Shown in pieces: positions 1 to 10,588 of a stretch of DNA of 64,000 nt. Source of the stretch: a virus (lineage: Duplodnaviria; Caudoviricetes); IMG/VR virus record IMGVR_UViG_3300028048_002144; one strand, written 5' to 3'. The number at the start of each line of letters is the position of its first letter. Within the stretch, counting starts at the first letter, position 1. The notes beneath the pieces were generated by a model, which ran no database searches, was not told the DNA's origin, and saw only the letters and a program-made list of their open reading frames with translations. Made by a program: the position numbers and the translations under genes.

Positions 1-804
1 ACCAAGTTTGGTGATAACATTTCCAAAAATATTCATATATCTATCTCCTTTGTTTATGAATAAAATATTATTTTCTACACTATTAATATGACTTGAAAAC
101 CCTATATTTTGTGAAAATGTGTGCAATTTTTTTATAATATTTACTTCATTTGGTATTTTACAGGCTTTGATCTCATCTGATATACCAAATAAAATAATAG
201 GTGCGAATGATATAGAGTGTAGAGTTATTCTTTGCTTTTTCTCTATATTCTGTATCTTATCTCGTAGAGTTTTCTTTGCTCTACTCAAATCACTTTTAAT
301 AGTACCCTCTGGAACGTTATATAATGCCGACATAGCCTTTATATTATATTCACCATAATAATATCCAATAATATATTTCTGCTGGTTTTTAGGCAGTTCT
401 CGAATAGTCTGGGTTATAATCTTTCTAGTCTCTTCATGCTCTAAGATATTCTCTGGGAAAAGATAATCAACTTCTTTCTTCCCCAGGTTCTCATCTTCTG
501 TAGCCACTTCTTTTATATTCTTACGAATATATGTACCCTTCTGGTTAGCAGCTATTCTTTTAATCCATTTTAGACCAGCTTTTTCGTCTTTTAATGTATC
601 AATATTATTATATACAGCCAGATACGTTTCCTGCATTATATCTTCGGCTTCTTCATTATCCATGCCATCAAATACTAATGAATACCAGACATAATTTTTA
701 GAGTAATTATATATGTCTTCAAATGCAGATTCGTTTCCGCTTTTAAATGATATTATTGCTTCGGCTATTTTTTCGACATCATTTTTGTTTTTATTTGTTA
801 TCAT
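1..804 (-). CDS. ECF-type sigma-70 factor (runs off the left edge; absent from the ORF track)
   Basis: Manual translation from ATG 804: region 2 AEDIMQETYL...WIKRIAAN, region 4 LPKNQQKYIIGYYY...YNVPEGTIKSDLSRAKKTL; no stop before base 1. Confidence 0.85.
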   Translation of the reverse strand, partial: MITNKNKNDVEKIAEAIISFKSGNESAFEDIYNYSKNYVWYSLVFDGMDNEEAEDIMQETYLAVYNNIDTLKDEKAGLKWIKRIAANQKGTYIRKNIKEVATEDENLGKKEVDYLFPENILEHEETRKIITQTIRELPKNQQKYIIGYYYGEYNIKAMSALYNVPEGTIKSDLSRAKKTLRDKIQNIEKKQRITLHSISFAPIILFGISDEIKACKIPNEVNIIKKLHTFSQNIGFSSHINSVENNILFINKGDRYMNIFGNVITKLG

Positions 805-962
805 AATTTTCTATCCCATAATAAATCTCCTTTTTAAAATTATGCTTTTCTATATATAGGTAGCACATAAGATTAAAAAGGTTGCAATTTTTTGATTATT
901 TTTTAAAATATTTTTCTACTCAAAATAATAAGGGAGATAAACTCCCTTATTATCATAACTCA

Positions 963-1361
963 TTATACCATATATTTCGACAAAGTGATAAGATCTGCCA
1001 TTTCACGTTTAATATCATTAACTGAATATATAGGGCAAGTATCTGTTCTGGATTTTACATTCTTTCCGAACATCTTATATATTTTTGCATTTTCGACTAC
1101 TTGATTTGTTAGGCATTTTACACTGTCTCGTGTTATCATATCTTCATTATTATGCTGTAATTTTTCTGTTAGTGTTTCTATCATATCGTATATCTTTTTG
1201 AATGCATCGTCCATTTCTGGTGTAGTATCAGAGTCTTCCCAGAGTGTCATTACTTCGAACTGAAGCTGATGTAATAATGGCCCAATTCCTTCATTTTTCA
1301 TAAGTTCTCCTCCTTTCTGCATATTTCTCTGGTTATTTTTGTCGTTAATAAAATCTTTCAT
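963..1361 (-). CDS. Hypothetical protein (start may be 1301)
   Basis: ORF on the coding strand, two in-frame RBS/ATG pairs, followed by a hairpin terminator. Confidence 0.6.
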   Translation of the reverse strand: MKDFINDKNNQRNMQKGGELMKNEGIGPLLHQLQFEVMTLWEDSDTTPEMDDAFKKIYDMIETLTEKLQHNNEDMITRDSVKCLTNQVVENAKIYKMFGKNVKSRTDTCPIYSVNDIKREMADLITLSKYMV

Positions 1362-1559
1362 AACAACTTCCTTTCTGTAAAAATATTTTTCTCTTCACTA
1401 TACATTTGGGGTGAATCTTTGCTGATTACTAAAAAAATGAGAAGAATTTATATTCTTTTTATTTTTATATGCAATTAAAATAATTACTTATCTCACCCTT
1501 TTAATATACATATAGGTCGTGTTGATGCTAAATCTGCAGAAATTTTTTGAGAAATATAA

Positions 1560-1596
1560 AAAAAGCCTACCAACAAATAAATGTTAGTAGGCTTTT
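1560..1596 (-). terminator. Intrinsic terminator after nrdD
   Basis: AAAAGCCTAC...GTAGGCTTTTT hairpin with T tract just after the stop at 1603. Confidence 0.75.
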
Positions 1597-1602
1597 GCAG
1601 CA

Positions 1603-4600
1603 TTATTTCTCCGAATTACTCTTCAAAGAAGTGTTTTCGATTTTAGGAATAGCTACATGCACATATCTATCCTGGATTTCCTGGGTTCTACCCTGGTTCC
1701 AGAACTGAGATCCAATATCCTTTATACCCTCGGTTTCCCGATACTTAGGGGAATTTATACCCTCGGCTTCCCGATATTTAGGGGAGTAGACTATACAATC
1801 AAAATATTATTCTATATTTAAAATTAAGTGGAAATTATAGTCGTTGAGCGTCATCCCTACGCAATGCTTTAAGGGAGTTTCGTTGCGTTTGATTACCCAA
1901 TCCTTAATGATTTTACCTTACCGATTCCGTTACTAATCGCCACATATATATTTCTATATATGCTTGGTTATTAAGGCTCTAAGGGAGTTCCCGCAGTTTA
2001 TTCCATTTAACGTGGCCCTATTGAGGCTAAGCCACATGTACGTCTTGATACATGCATTTTACTCTGATCACGATTCTTGCAATTTGGACATTCCCAAACT
2101 AATTTGTTATGCTCATCCTTAACAATACGAATTTCACCGTCATATCCACATACTTCACACAAATCTGACTTTGTGTTTAATTCTGCGTACAGAATTGTAT
2201 TATAGATATGCTGCATGATTGCAATTACTGCATCAATATTATTCTGCATGTTAGGGATTTCAACGTAACTAATTGCTCCACCAGGTGAAAGTTCCTGGAA
2301 TTCAGCTTCTTTTGTTAACTTGCTAAAGGCATCAATCTTTTCCATTACGTTTACATGATATGAATTAGTAATATAATTCTTGTCTGTAACGTGTGGGATA
2401 ATGCCAAATCTTCTTTGAAGATTCTTAGCAAATTTGTATGTAGTAGATTCGATAGGCGTTCCATAAAGAGAATAACTAATATTTTCTTCTTCTCTCCACT
2501 TTGCACACTTATCATTCATATACTGCATAACTTTAAGAGCGAATTCTTTTCCCTTTTCACTTGTATGTGATTCACCGATCATTCGATAGCACATTTCAGA
2601 TACTCCAGCATATCCTAGTGAAATAGTTGAATAATTTCCGTAAAGGAGTTTATCAATTGTTTCACCTGGCTTTAGTCTAGCTAAAGCTCCATCCTGCCAA
2701 AGAATAGGTGCTACATCTGATGGCGTTCCTAGCAATCTTTCATGTCTTATACGCAATGCCCTATGGCAAAGTTCTAATCGTTCATCGAAAATCTTCCAGA
2801 ATTCTTCCATATCTCCATTAGATGAACATGCTACATCAACTAGGTTGATGGTTACGACACCCTGATTAACGCATAAAGCAGACTATCTCTTCTATATAAT
2901 TATTTATATAGCGATGCGCTTGGAATCAGGCGATAAACTCTGATCCTACTGAGCTACACTCATCACTCATAGTCGTTACACCGTTTTCTTAATTAAAGAA
3001 ACTTGGCACGGTATTGGCAGCTACCCTTATTAAGGGCCTTAGCGTCTCTTACGAAGCGTATTCGCACAGATCGTAACTTCTGTCTTATTTAACTTCTACC
3101 GTTAGCAATATAAGATTAATTTTATATCACACCGTTTATCAAACGTTCACATCGTTTAAGGACGACCTAATCAGGCAACGTTTGTCAATCGTCCATAATA
3201 TTTATGTTCACCTTCTTTGAAATTCAATGCATTTGCTTTATTGTCAGCATTGCATAGATTTTCTCTATTCTTTTCATTATCTGCTGTAAGGAAGGATCTG
3301 CAACCCCAAATATGTTCACATGATTCGCAACATCATGCAGTTCCCTTATGAACTTCTCTATGTCGCCATAGACGAGATATGAATTTCACATATCCAGGAC
3401 AAAATATAAAAATTTGTCGTTCAGACTATATCACGCTCTGGATTTCTCCAGTAGTCCTATCTTTTCGCTTTATCATTTGCTTATAAAGCTACTCTACTCA
3501 CTTCGTGTCATTTCTGACCTTATTTTCATGCTATTTTTCAAGCCTTGTAGCTTTCGATAGTCGTTAGACTTTTACAATTTTATATGAAATTGATTTAGTA
3601 CGGTAAGTTATCTTATATAAGACTTACTCCGTTTAGATAGGTTTGCTAATATTGTCACCAATATTAGGCACAGGTTTTGTTTATGCACGGATAAACATCT
3701 CCATCCTTTAATTCCTTCATCTTCTTTTCTGAAATATAATCCGGAACCATTCTTTTTGCAGTACATTTGGCTGCTAGTTTTGTGAGATAAAAATACGGGC
3801 TGTCTTCTGTAATGTTGTTTTCAGAAAGCACATAGATTAATTTAGGGAAAGCTGGAGTAACATAATTGCCACTTCTATCTTTTACACCTAAAATTCTCTG
3901 CTTTAACATTGTTTCAATAATTAAAGCCAAATCCTTTTTCGCATTCTCATCTTTAACTTCATTTAGATACATGAATACAGTTACAAATGGTGCTTGCGTT
4001 TTCTTAGTATGATTGATGTATCACGCTAAGGCTGACTATTTCTTGCTTGATGATTAACATCAAACCAATGCGTTTCCGCAGTCGCTTGCACAGCTGCGTA
4101 CGGTATAAAACCTAGTCGATACAATTACAGGTTAATGAATCGTTAAGTTATGGGCTTCTGGATTATTTTTTATCCAGCGAGCCAATGTAGCACGGGAAAC
4201 TTTCAGATATTTTGCCAGTGATGTCATTGTCGTGAAGCGTTTTCCGTCACATAGAATATAGTCAGTGAATAATTTTCTTTGTCTTGAATGCGTTGGCTTG
4301 CCATCTTTAAGCGTCCGATAATAATGAACGTTATTTTCAGATGGTGTTACCCATTCAAGGTTATCGACCATATTATTATGCTTGTTACCGTCTTTATGAT
4401 TAACAACGGTAAGCGATGCATCATGTGGAAGGAATGTCTGGGCAACGATGCGATGGAGTAATAATGTCCTTGATTTGCGTGTGGCATCGTTTTTCGTTAG
4501 AGATATACGTACGTATCCATCCTTACTATCCCATGCTTTCTTGAGGTAATAGGCTTTGTATTGTCTCGAATATGATCGTATTCGCCCTTTATTAGATACT

Positions 4601-7356
4601 TCATAGTCTTCATATCCAAGTATCGGTTTCCATATTTCCCCATCAATAGTGTCATAGTTATATTGGCGATGACTATTATTCTTCTTGTCATTTATAGCTT
4701 GTCTAGCACGAGCGTGTCTGCGGTTTGCCTTCTCTTGGTTGGCTTTATATAGCGCAGGATCACGTTGTATATATATCTGATCGATTTGTGCCTTTGTCGT
4801 TCCTATTTTGTCAGCAATCTGTTGTGATGTTGCATCATTGTTCAGCATAGTGATTATCGTTTGTCTGTGCTTATTTACAAATTTTTGCTGAGATGGCGAC
4901 AAGTGCGTTTGATGTTTAGGTTTCGGTGTCTGCCATTCTCTTAGCTTTCGTGATATCACATATCTTTGAATGTGAAACAGACGTGATAAATAGGCGATTG
5001 ATTTTCCTTCCTTTGTATAAAGATATTCTATTTGTTCTTTGAGAAGCTGGCACTTCTCATATTGATTCATTGAATTAAGCATTTGTGTGTGCTCCTTTCC
5101 TGTAGTCACGAGATTATCTTTGATATTGAGATTTCTCTCATATCAGGATTTTCCTCGTTAGCCTCGTCATATAAGCGAGACCCCGCCTCTGGCGGTTAAC
5201 ATTGTTTTAGAACGGCCTAGCGATAACTGAACCGTTCGTTGATTGTAGTGTGATAAGCTGGTACTGAATAGTCTGACATCCAGCTTCAATTTCTTTCTTT
5301 ACTTCCATTTCGATAAGTTCATTAAACTTCTCTTTAGGAATAGAAATATTTAACTTCGTCAATTCATTTGTCATTCTCTTTTTGATTTTTTCTCTTGATC
5401 TTTCTACGAAAGGTGCAAGATGAGAAAGAGTGAATGTTTGTCCCAATTTAGGAATTTAATATGTAAGTTTTTGTGCTACACATAAATTAGACTATTTCTT
5501 GTTGACATTTGTATGTGCCAACCAATGCGTTTCGATTATAGCTATCTATAATCTACAATTAGTCGTTACAATTATTTATTATTAATTTGATATCGTGTTT
5601 TTCTGGGTGATCTAAGTATCTTCGAGTTTGTGTTTCTGACTTGTTTAAGAATCGTGCAAATGCTGCTACGGTTTTGAATTTATATTTATCTTTATATAAT
5701 ATGTAATCGAATTTATATCTTTTTTTATTAACTATGTTTCTTTTATTACTTCTGTAAGCATGAAGATTATTATCAGCTTGTGTTGACCACTCTAAATTTG
5801 TTGCTTTATTATTCAATACATTTCCGTCTTTATGATTTATAGTATTCTTCTCTTCACTATATCCTTTAACAAAAGCATGTCCTACAAGTCTTGATACCTG
5901 TAAGTTTTTATTTTTTACCCTTACATATAATCTATTGTTATTTTTATTAGGATAAGGTTTTAATAAAGCGTATTTTTTATATCTTTTTTTATAGCTTTTA
6001 ACTCTTCCATAATTAGAAATATAATAGTTTGGATATCCTAATATAGGTTTCCATATCTCATCATCAAAATTTTCAAAATCATAATCTAACGATGAGTTTT
6101 CTAATTTATTAAATAAATTATCTTTTGTTCTAATTTTTCTTCTATTGATATAATCTTCATAAGTTTTGTTTAATACATCATCATTTTTTATGTAAGTATA
6201 TACTAATGATTTTATAGATATTTTTAACTCTTTTGATATTTTATTAAGTGATATATCTCTATCTAATCGAGATTTAATATAATCTCTGTTCCTATTAATA
6301 AACTTCCTAGTAGATGGAGTTATATGTCTTTTTGAATTAGATGGTTTTATTTTCCATACATTCTTTAATTTATCACTTACAGTCTTTCGATTTATTTTTA
6401 GTAATCTACTAATATATGATATCGAACGACCTTCTTTGTTATATAAAAACACGATTGTTTCTTTTAATAATTCTGCTTTTTCCGAACTTCTCATGAGCAT
6501 TCCACTCCTTTAATAATAAATAATCACGAGATCAGCTTTTCCAACCTACCTCGTTAGCCTTGCTAATTAAAGCAAAACCCTATTGTGATAGTTAACATTG
6601 TTTTTATACGGCAGACTTTAAACCGTACTGTGACGAAGCTACCTGAGCTACAATCTGTGATGTGACTGTACATGCTGTTAAGAAACTATGTGGCTTATCA
6701 ATTTTCGTTCCAGAAATTGTTGTTCCGTTCTGGAGCATATCTTCCAGATTGACCAAACAACAATTACTCATATGATTGGCGAAGTAATCGCTGTCGTGGA
6801 ACTGAATGATTCCTTCTTTATGTGCTTCTTTGATCTCTTCTGGTAAGATGTACTTATCTACAAAGTGTCTTGACCATTCACCAGCCATATAGTCTCTCTG
6901 AACAGAAAGTATTGTAGGATTCTTATTTGAATTCTCCTGCTTTACTTCTTCGTTCTTAATTGCTACATGACCATCTTTTTCAACTGTCACATCAATAATG
7001 TTCTGGATCTTTCTATCTATATCTGACATGTTTCGCTTTTCATTGTGCTTATATCTATACACAATGTACTTCTCAGCTAATTCTGCATGCTGCAAATAGA
7101 TAATTTCTTTGATTACAAGATCCTGAATTTCTTCTACAGAATATGCTCGATTTGCATTTATTACTGTTCTAGTAATATTCTCTGTAATTTCATTAATCTC
7201 TTTTGAAGTTAGTTTTTCGATTCCTCGAACTTCATTGTTTGCTTTGCCTATCGCAATCTTAATTTTATTTGGTTCATACTCAGCCTGAGTACCGTCTCTT
7301 TTGATTACATAGACATTGCTTGTTTGATTTGCTTCTTTGATATTCTCATTAAACAT
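1603..7356 (-). CDS. nrdD: Anaerobic (class III) ribonucleoside-triphosphate reductase, six exons: 7356-6622, 5443-5231, 3996-3683, 3306-3188, 2869-2030, 1718-1603 (about 778 aa spliced)
   Basis: ATP-cone VIKRDG, SNCCLVN; joining exons keeps frame and restores QYG|GQ, TNG|QAPF, PCM|GCRSFL, YGRF|NQGVVTINL and the glycyl-radical motif RRTCGY|IGSQFWNQGR. Confidence 0.95.
1719..2029 (-). ncRNA. Group I intron 5 of nrdD (no ORF)
   Basis: Exon ends GUGGCU pairing with GGCCAC (P1, U-G at splice site), P7 ACGACUA/AUAGUC, terminal G at 1719. Confidence 0.9.
2870..3187 (-). ncRNA. Group I intron 4 of nrdD (no ORF)
   Basis: P1 GGACGAU/GUCGUCC, P7 UGUAACGACUA/GAUAGUC, terminal G at 2870. Confidence 0.9.
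3307..3682 (-). ncRNA. Group I intron 3 of nrdD (no ORF)
   Basis: P1 GCAU/GUGC, P7 AACGACUA/AUAGUC, terminal G at 3307; splits the Met codon of CMGCR. Confidence 0.88.
3997..5230 (-). mobile_element. Group I intron 2 of nrdD with homing endonuclease
   Basis: P1 GAACGGU/GCCGUUC, P7 AUCGACUA/AAUAGUC, terminal G at 3997. Confidence 0.92.
4132..5082 (-). CDS. Intron-encoded NUMOD4-HNH homing endonuclease
   Basis: EIWKPILGYEDYEVSNKGRIRS (NUMOD4), VNHKDGNKHNNMVDNLEW (HNH); RBS GAAAGGAG before ATG 5082. Confidence 0.9.
   Translation of the reverse strand: MLNSMNQYEKCQLLKEQIEYLYTKEGKSIAYLSRLFHIQRYVISRKLREWQTPKPKHQTHLSPSQQKFVNKHRQTIITMLNNDATSQQIADKIGTTKAQIDQIYIQRDPALYKANQEKANRRHARARQAINDKKNNSHRQYNYDTIDGEIWKPILGYEDYEVSNKGRIRSYSRQYKAYYLKKAWDSKDGYVRISLTKNDATRKSRTLLLHRIVAQTFLPHDASLTVVNHKDGNKHNNMVDNLEWVTPSENNVHYYRTLKDGKPTHSRQRKLFTDYILCDGKRFTTMTSLAKYLKVSRATLARWIKNNPEAHNLTIH
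5444..6621 (-). mobile_element. Group I intron 1 of nrdD with homing endonuclease
   Basis: P1 GUACGGU/GCCGUAU, P7 UGUAACGACUA/AAUAGUC, terminal G at 5444. Confidence 0.92.
5559..6500 (-). CDS. Intron-encoded NUMOD4-HNH homing endonuclease
   Basis: EIWKPILGYPNYYISNYGRVKS, INHKDGNVLNNKATNLEW; stop codon overlaps intron P7. Confidence 0.9.
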   Translation of the reverse strand: MLMRSSEKAELLKETIVFLYNKEGRSISYISRLLKINRKTVSDKLKNVWKIKPSNSKRHITPSTRKFINRNRDYIKSRLDRDISLNKISKELKISIKSLVYTYIKNDDVLNKTYEDYINRRKIRTKDNLFNKLENSSLDYDFENFDDEIWKPILGYPNYYISNYGRVKSYKKRYKKYALLKPYPNKNNNRLYVRVKNKNLQVSRLVGHAFVKGYSEEKNTINHKDGNVLNNKATNLEWSTQADNNLHAYRSNKRNIVNKKRYKFDYILYKDKYKFKTVAAFARFLNKSETQTRRYLDHPEKHDIKLIINNCND

Positions 7357-7471
7357 TTGTATACCTCCTTCGCTCATAAAAATATCTACGTATAATATGA
7401 AAGATTAATATTAAAAAAATACCTAGATAAAAATATCTAGGTATTTGTATGATATTTACTTCTCTTATGGC

Positions 7472-8137
7472 TTATGGAAGGTCTACAGTATATTCCCATT
7501 TTTCAATTATAAATTCATCTAGTATATCAGCAGCAATATCATTAAGGATTTCATCTACTGGATTATTCTTAAGATATTCCCTGATCTGCTTATTTGTGGT
7601 AAGGCCTTTATCTTTTAATACTTTCTCAAATCCTTGTTTGTCTTTCTTATACAGAACTGAAAATAGTTTTCTTAAATCCTTTTCTGTATTATCGTTAGTA
7701 TTTTCCAAGAAAGAATAAATATCCTTATCATCACCCCAGTATCCTATTACGTACTTATCTTTAAACTCAGAATCATTTGTAACGTAAATTCCCATATTAG
7801 GTTCTTCAGATGTACAAGTAATACTCATGGTATATCCAAGTTTGTCAACTAGAGCCTGCCACATCTTGTTCATCGGTCCCCAGGCAGTATGTGTATTAAT
7901 CATAAGTTCATTGTCGTTCGCAAGTTCTACTTCATCAATACAACCTCTACAAGGATATTTCCCACTCAAAGGATCTGATTTTAGTCCCTTTTCTACTATC
8001 AATCCTAGCCAATCATTATTCCAGCTGTTCTCGATAGTTGTTCCTTCTTTCTGCCAGCTAATAATGAGATTGTATAGTTTCTTCGCCTCATTATTCATTG
8101 AGTTAAAATTCAGATAATTATAGCACCAATTTGGCAT
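7472..8137 (-). CDS. MPNWC-type (DUF1281/Api92-like) protein, paralog of the next gene
   Basis: N-terminal MPNWC, TAW.P and EE motifs; colinear similarity to 8239-8916. Confidence 0.6.
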   Translation of the reverse strand: MPNWCYNYLNFNSMNNEAKKLYNLIISWQKEGTTIENSWNNDWLGLIVEKGLKSDPLSGKYPCRGCIDEVELANDNELMINTHTAWGPMNKMWQALVDKLGYTMSITCTSEEPNMGIYVTNDSEFKDKYVIGYWGDDKDIYSFLENTNDNTEKDLRKLFSVLYKKDKQGFEKVLKDKGLTTNKQIREYLKNNPVDEILNDIAADILDEFIIEKWEYTVDLP

Positions 8138-8238
8138 ATCTTTTCTCCTTTCAATCTTTACAAGTTATAATGTTAATATGAATAATTTTTTTGTATAAAA
8201 AATACCTAGGTAGTTTTTTGACTACCTAGATATTATCT

Positions 8239-8916
8239 TTAAGCAATAAGTTCTTTAAATTCCCACTTGCGAATTTTTATATTACTAACAGGAACAATTT
8301 CGCTCATAATTTCAAATAATCGTTCAATTTTTCCTTTTCTAAAGTATGTCTTAATCTGCGTAAGGGTAGAAGCTTTAGAATAATACTTTCTCATATATTT
8401 TTTCGCTTGTTTAAATCTTTCAGGATAGTTCTCTTTTGCTTTTATATACGTATCAAACAAAAATGTTCTCACATACTTTTCTTCCGCTTTATAGTCGCTA
8501 TCATATTCGGAGTCAAAACTATCAATGATATAGGCATTCTTTAATTCTGGTTCGTTTGTTTGATAGATTCCTATATTCTGTTCTATAGAAGTGTATATGA
8601 TATTTGCTCCTGGGATATATTTATCTACAAGCATTAACCACATTTCATGCATAGGCTTCCAAGCTGTATTTACTGAAACAAATAATTTATTATCACAATC
8701 TAGTTCAAGATTGCTTATCCAACCTATGCATTCAATTTCTTCTGATAAAGGGTCCATTTCTAATCCTTTTTCTACAACTAGCCCTAACCAGTTATTATCC
8801 CATGAATGTTTTATAATAGTGCCTTCTTCCTGCCATTTCTCAAGTAAGTTAAATAACTTTTTAGCACCCTTATCTTCTGTTTTAATTGTGTATCGTGTAT
8901 AACACCAATTTGGCAT
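8239..8916 (-). CDS. MPNWC-type (DUF1281/Api92-like) protein
   Basis: MPNWC, SW.N.WLGL.VEKGL, TAWKP shared with 7472-8137. Confidence 0.6.
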   Translation of the reverse strand: MPNWCYTRYTIKTEDKGAKKLFNLLEKWQEEGTIIKHSWDNNWLGLVVEKGLEMDPLSEEIECIGWISNLELDCDNKLFVSVNTAWKPMHEMWLMLVDKYIPGANIIYTSIEQNIGIYQTNEPELKNAYIIDSFDSEYDSDYKAEEKYVRTFLFDTYIKAKENYPERFKQAKKYMRKYYSKASTLTQIKTYFRKGKIERLFEIMSEIVPVSNIKIRKWEFKELIA

Positions 8917-9066
8917 AGTTAATTCTCCTTTCTTATATCAAAATCTAATAACAATATGAACAATTTTTTATATAAAAAATAACCCGAAGAATTAAACTTC
9001 GGGTTATTTCGTATTACTGTATACTTTCTAAATAATCAAATAAATTTATCTGAGAACCTAATTTCA

Positions 9067-9822
9067 TTACTGGTTTTCAGGTCCTTCTGTTGCATCCCAG
9101 TATCTTCCAAGATTTCGGATATCACCTAAATCACCAAAGATTGGATCCGTTCTAAACCTTTTCATAGGTCTTTCCATTTTATTCTGCAAGTCAATGAGTT
9201 TATCCCAATATTCCGGCATATACTTCCAGATATTATGGAGTTCTTTCTGGTTCTTATTACAACAGCACCAGCATGAAACTCTATCTAATAAAGTATATAA
9301 GTCTGGTCTATTCTCATCTTCTGTCCAATGGATTTCATGTTCCCAACAATAATTTAGAGCTTCGGATTCTATAACGCCCCATTCTGCTAATGGTGCTCTT
9401 TTATAGTCTTCCATTCGCTCTAATCTTTTTGGCTCATCAGCTGCGATTCCAATATATACAATAGCATCATTCTCTTTAGCATATCTATCTAGTGCAGTTA
9501 ATTTATCTCTAGTTCCCCAGCGACAAAGACCTCCGCACCAACCATAGCCAAGATGATCGCCTTTCTGCTTTGAATGTACTGGTTTTTCAAGCATATCATA
9601 CATAAATGGTCTTTCTGGTTTTAACTCAATATACTTAATGTTATGTTCTTCAAGTATCGGTAGAATCTGATCACGCACATGATAGATAGCGTTAAATTCA
9701 ACGCCAGTATCATAGTACATAACTTCATCAAGTGGATACCCTTTCTCAATTAACATAAGTAACATTGCTACTGAATCTTTTCCAAATGATACACTTGCTA
9801 CATATTTAGTTTTGTTTGTCAT
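9067..9822 (-). CDS. PAPS reductase-like PP-loop protein (phage type)
   Basis: SVSFGKDS PP-loop, YIGIAADE, RVSCWCC. Confidence 0.85.
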   Translation of the reverse strand: MTNKTKYVASVSFGKDSVAMLLMLIEKGYPLDEVMYYDTGVEFNAIYHVRDQILPILEEHNIKYIELKPERPFMYDMLEKPVHSKQKGDHLGYGWCGGLCRWGTRDKLTALDRYAKENDAIVYIGIAADEPKRLERMEDYKRAPLAEWGVIESEALNYCWEHEIHWTEDENRPDLYTLLDRVSCWCCCNKNQKELHNIWKYMPEYWDKLIDLQNKMERPMKRFRTDPIFGDLGDIRNLGRYWDATEGPENQ

Positions 9823-10055
9823 AACACACCACTACACAAATACTGCGTAAGTGGATAGTTTAGGGATTGCTCTTATACGAATAGGATCATTTCTGGATTC
9901 CTATCCTTATAGCCACGATGCGCTTAACTACATACAGTTATAATCTCGTGTTATCCGTCTTTCGACACCAAATTATAATTAAGTAGTTAAGGACTACTTT
10001 ACGAACCTTCATCGTATTCTCCAAGGCTCAACCTGGTTTACCAGGATTCGTGTTA
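9822..10055 (-). ncRNA. Candidate structured RNA leader upstream of the PAPS reductase-like gene
   Basis: ORF-free 230 nt with nested complementary segments (see findings). Confidence 0.55.
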
Positions 10056-10484
10056 TTCCTTTCTTTTATCCTTTATTGTTTTATCCTTCTCTGGTTTTGA
10101 AATAATACCATTATCAATCAATTCGTTTAGATATTTGATAAATTTAACCTGAATATCTAAATCGTCCTTGTTTTCAATCTCTTTTGGATCATAAAACTTA
10201 TTGAACTTATAACCGCACATTCCTTCATGACTAGAGAAATTAAAATCTATTTTGCCATCTTCATAAAATCCAACCCAAAATTCATCTTCATAGTCGTAAC
10301 ACATCATAGTACAAGAATGTTCCGTATGGCACCAACATGGTTTGTGCATAGCTTTATTGAACCATGTTTTCTTTTTTAATTTTTCCCAATCTAATACTTT
10401 CAGTGTCTTGATATTCTTCGGTGTAAGATTATATTTGTTAGGATATTGTTCAATTAAGTCAAAATTCATATATCTTTTGGACAT
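10053..10484 (-). CDS. Hypothetical protein
   Basis: ORF with RBS on the coding strand. Confidence 0.65.
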   Translation of the reverse strand: MSKRYMNFDLIEQYPNKYNLTPKNIKTLKVLDWEKLKKKTWFNKAMHKPCWCHTEHSCTMMCYDYEDEFWVGFYEDGKIDFNFSSHEGMCGYKFNKFYDPKEIENKDDLDIQVKFIKYLNELIDNGIISKPEKDKTIKDKRKE

Positions 10485-10588
10485 ATAATTAACTTTTCCT
10501 TTCTGTTTGTTTTATTTTCTACTTTTTCATATACTTTTATTTCTTTTTTGATATGATATGAGATTAATAGTTAATAGCTTCTCATTTA

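Noticed and set aside
2007-7377. nrdD fragments as pseudogene pieces
   Set aside because: They are exons with exact group I splice junctions
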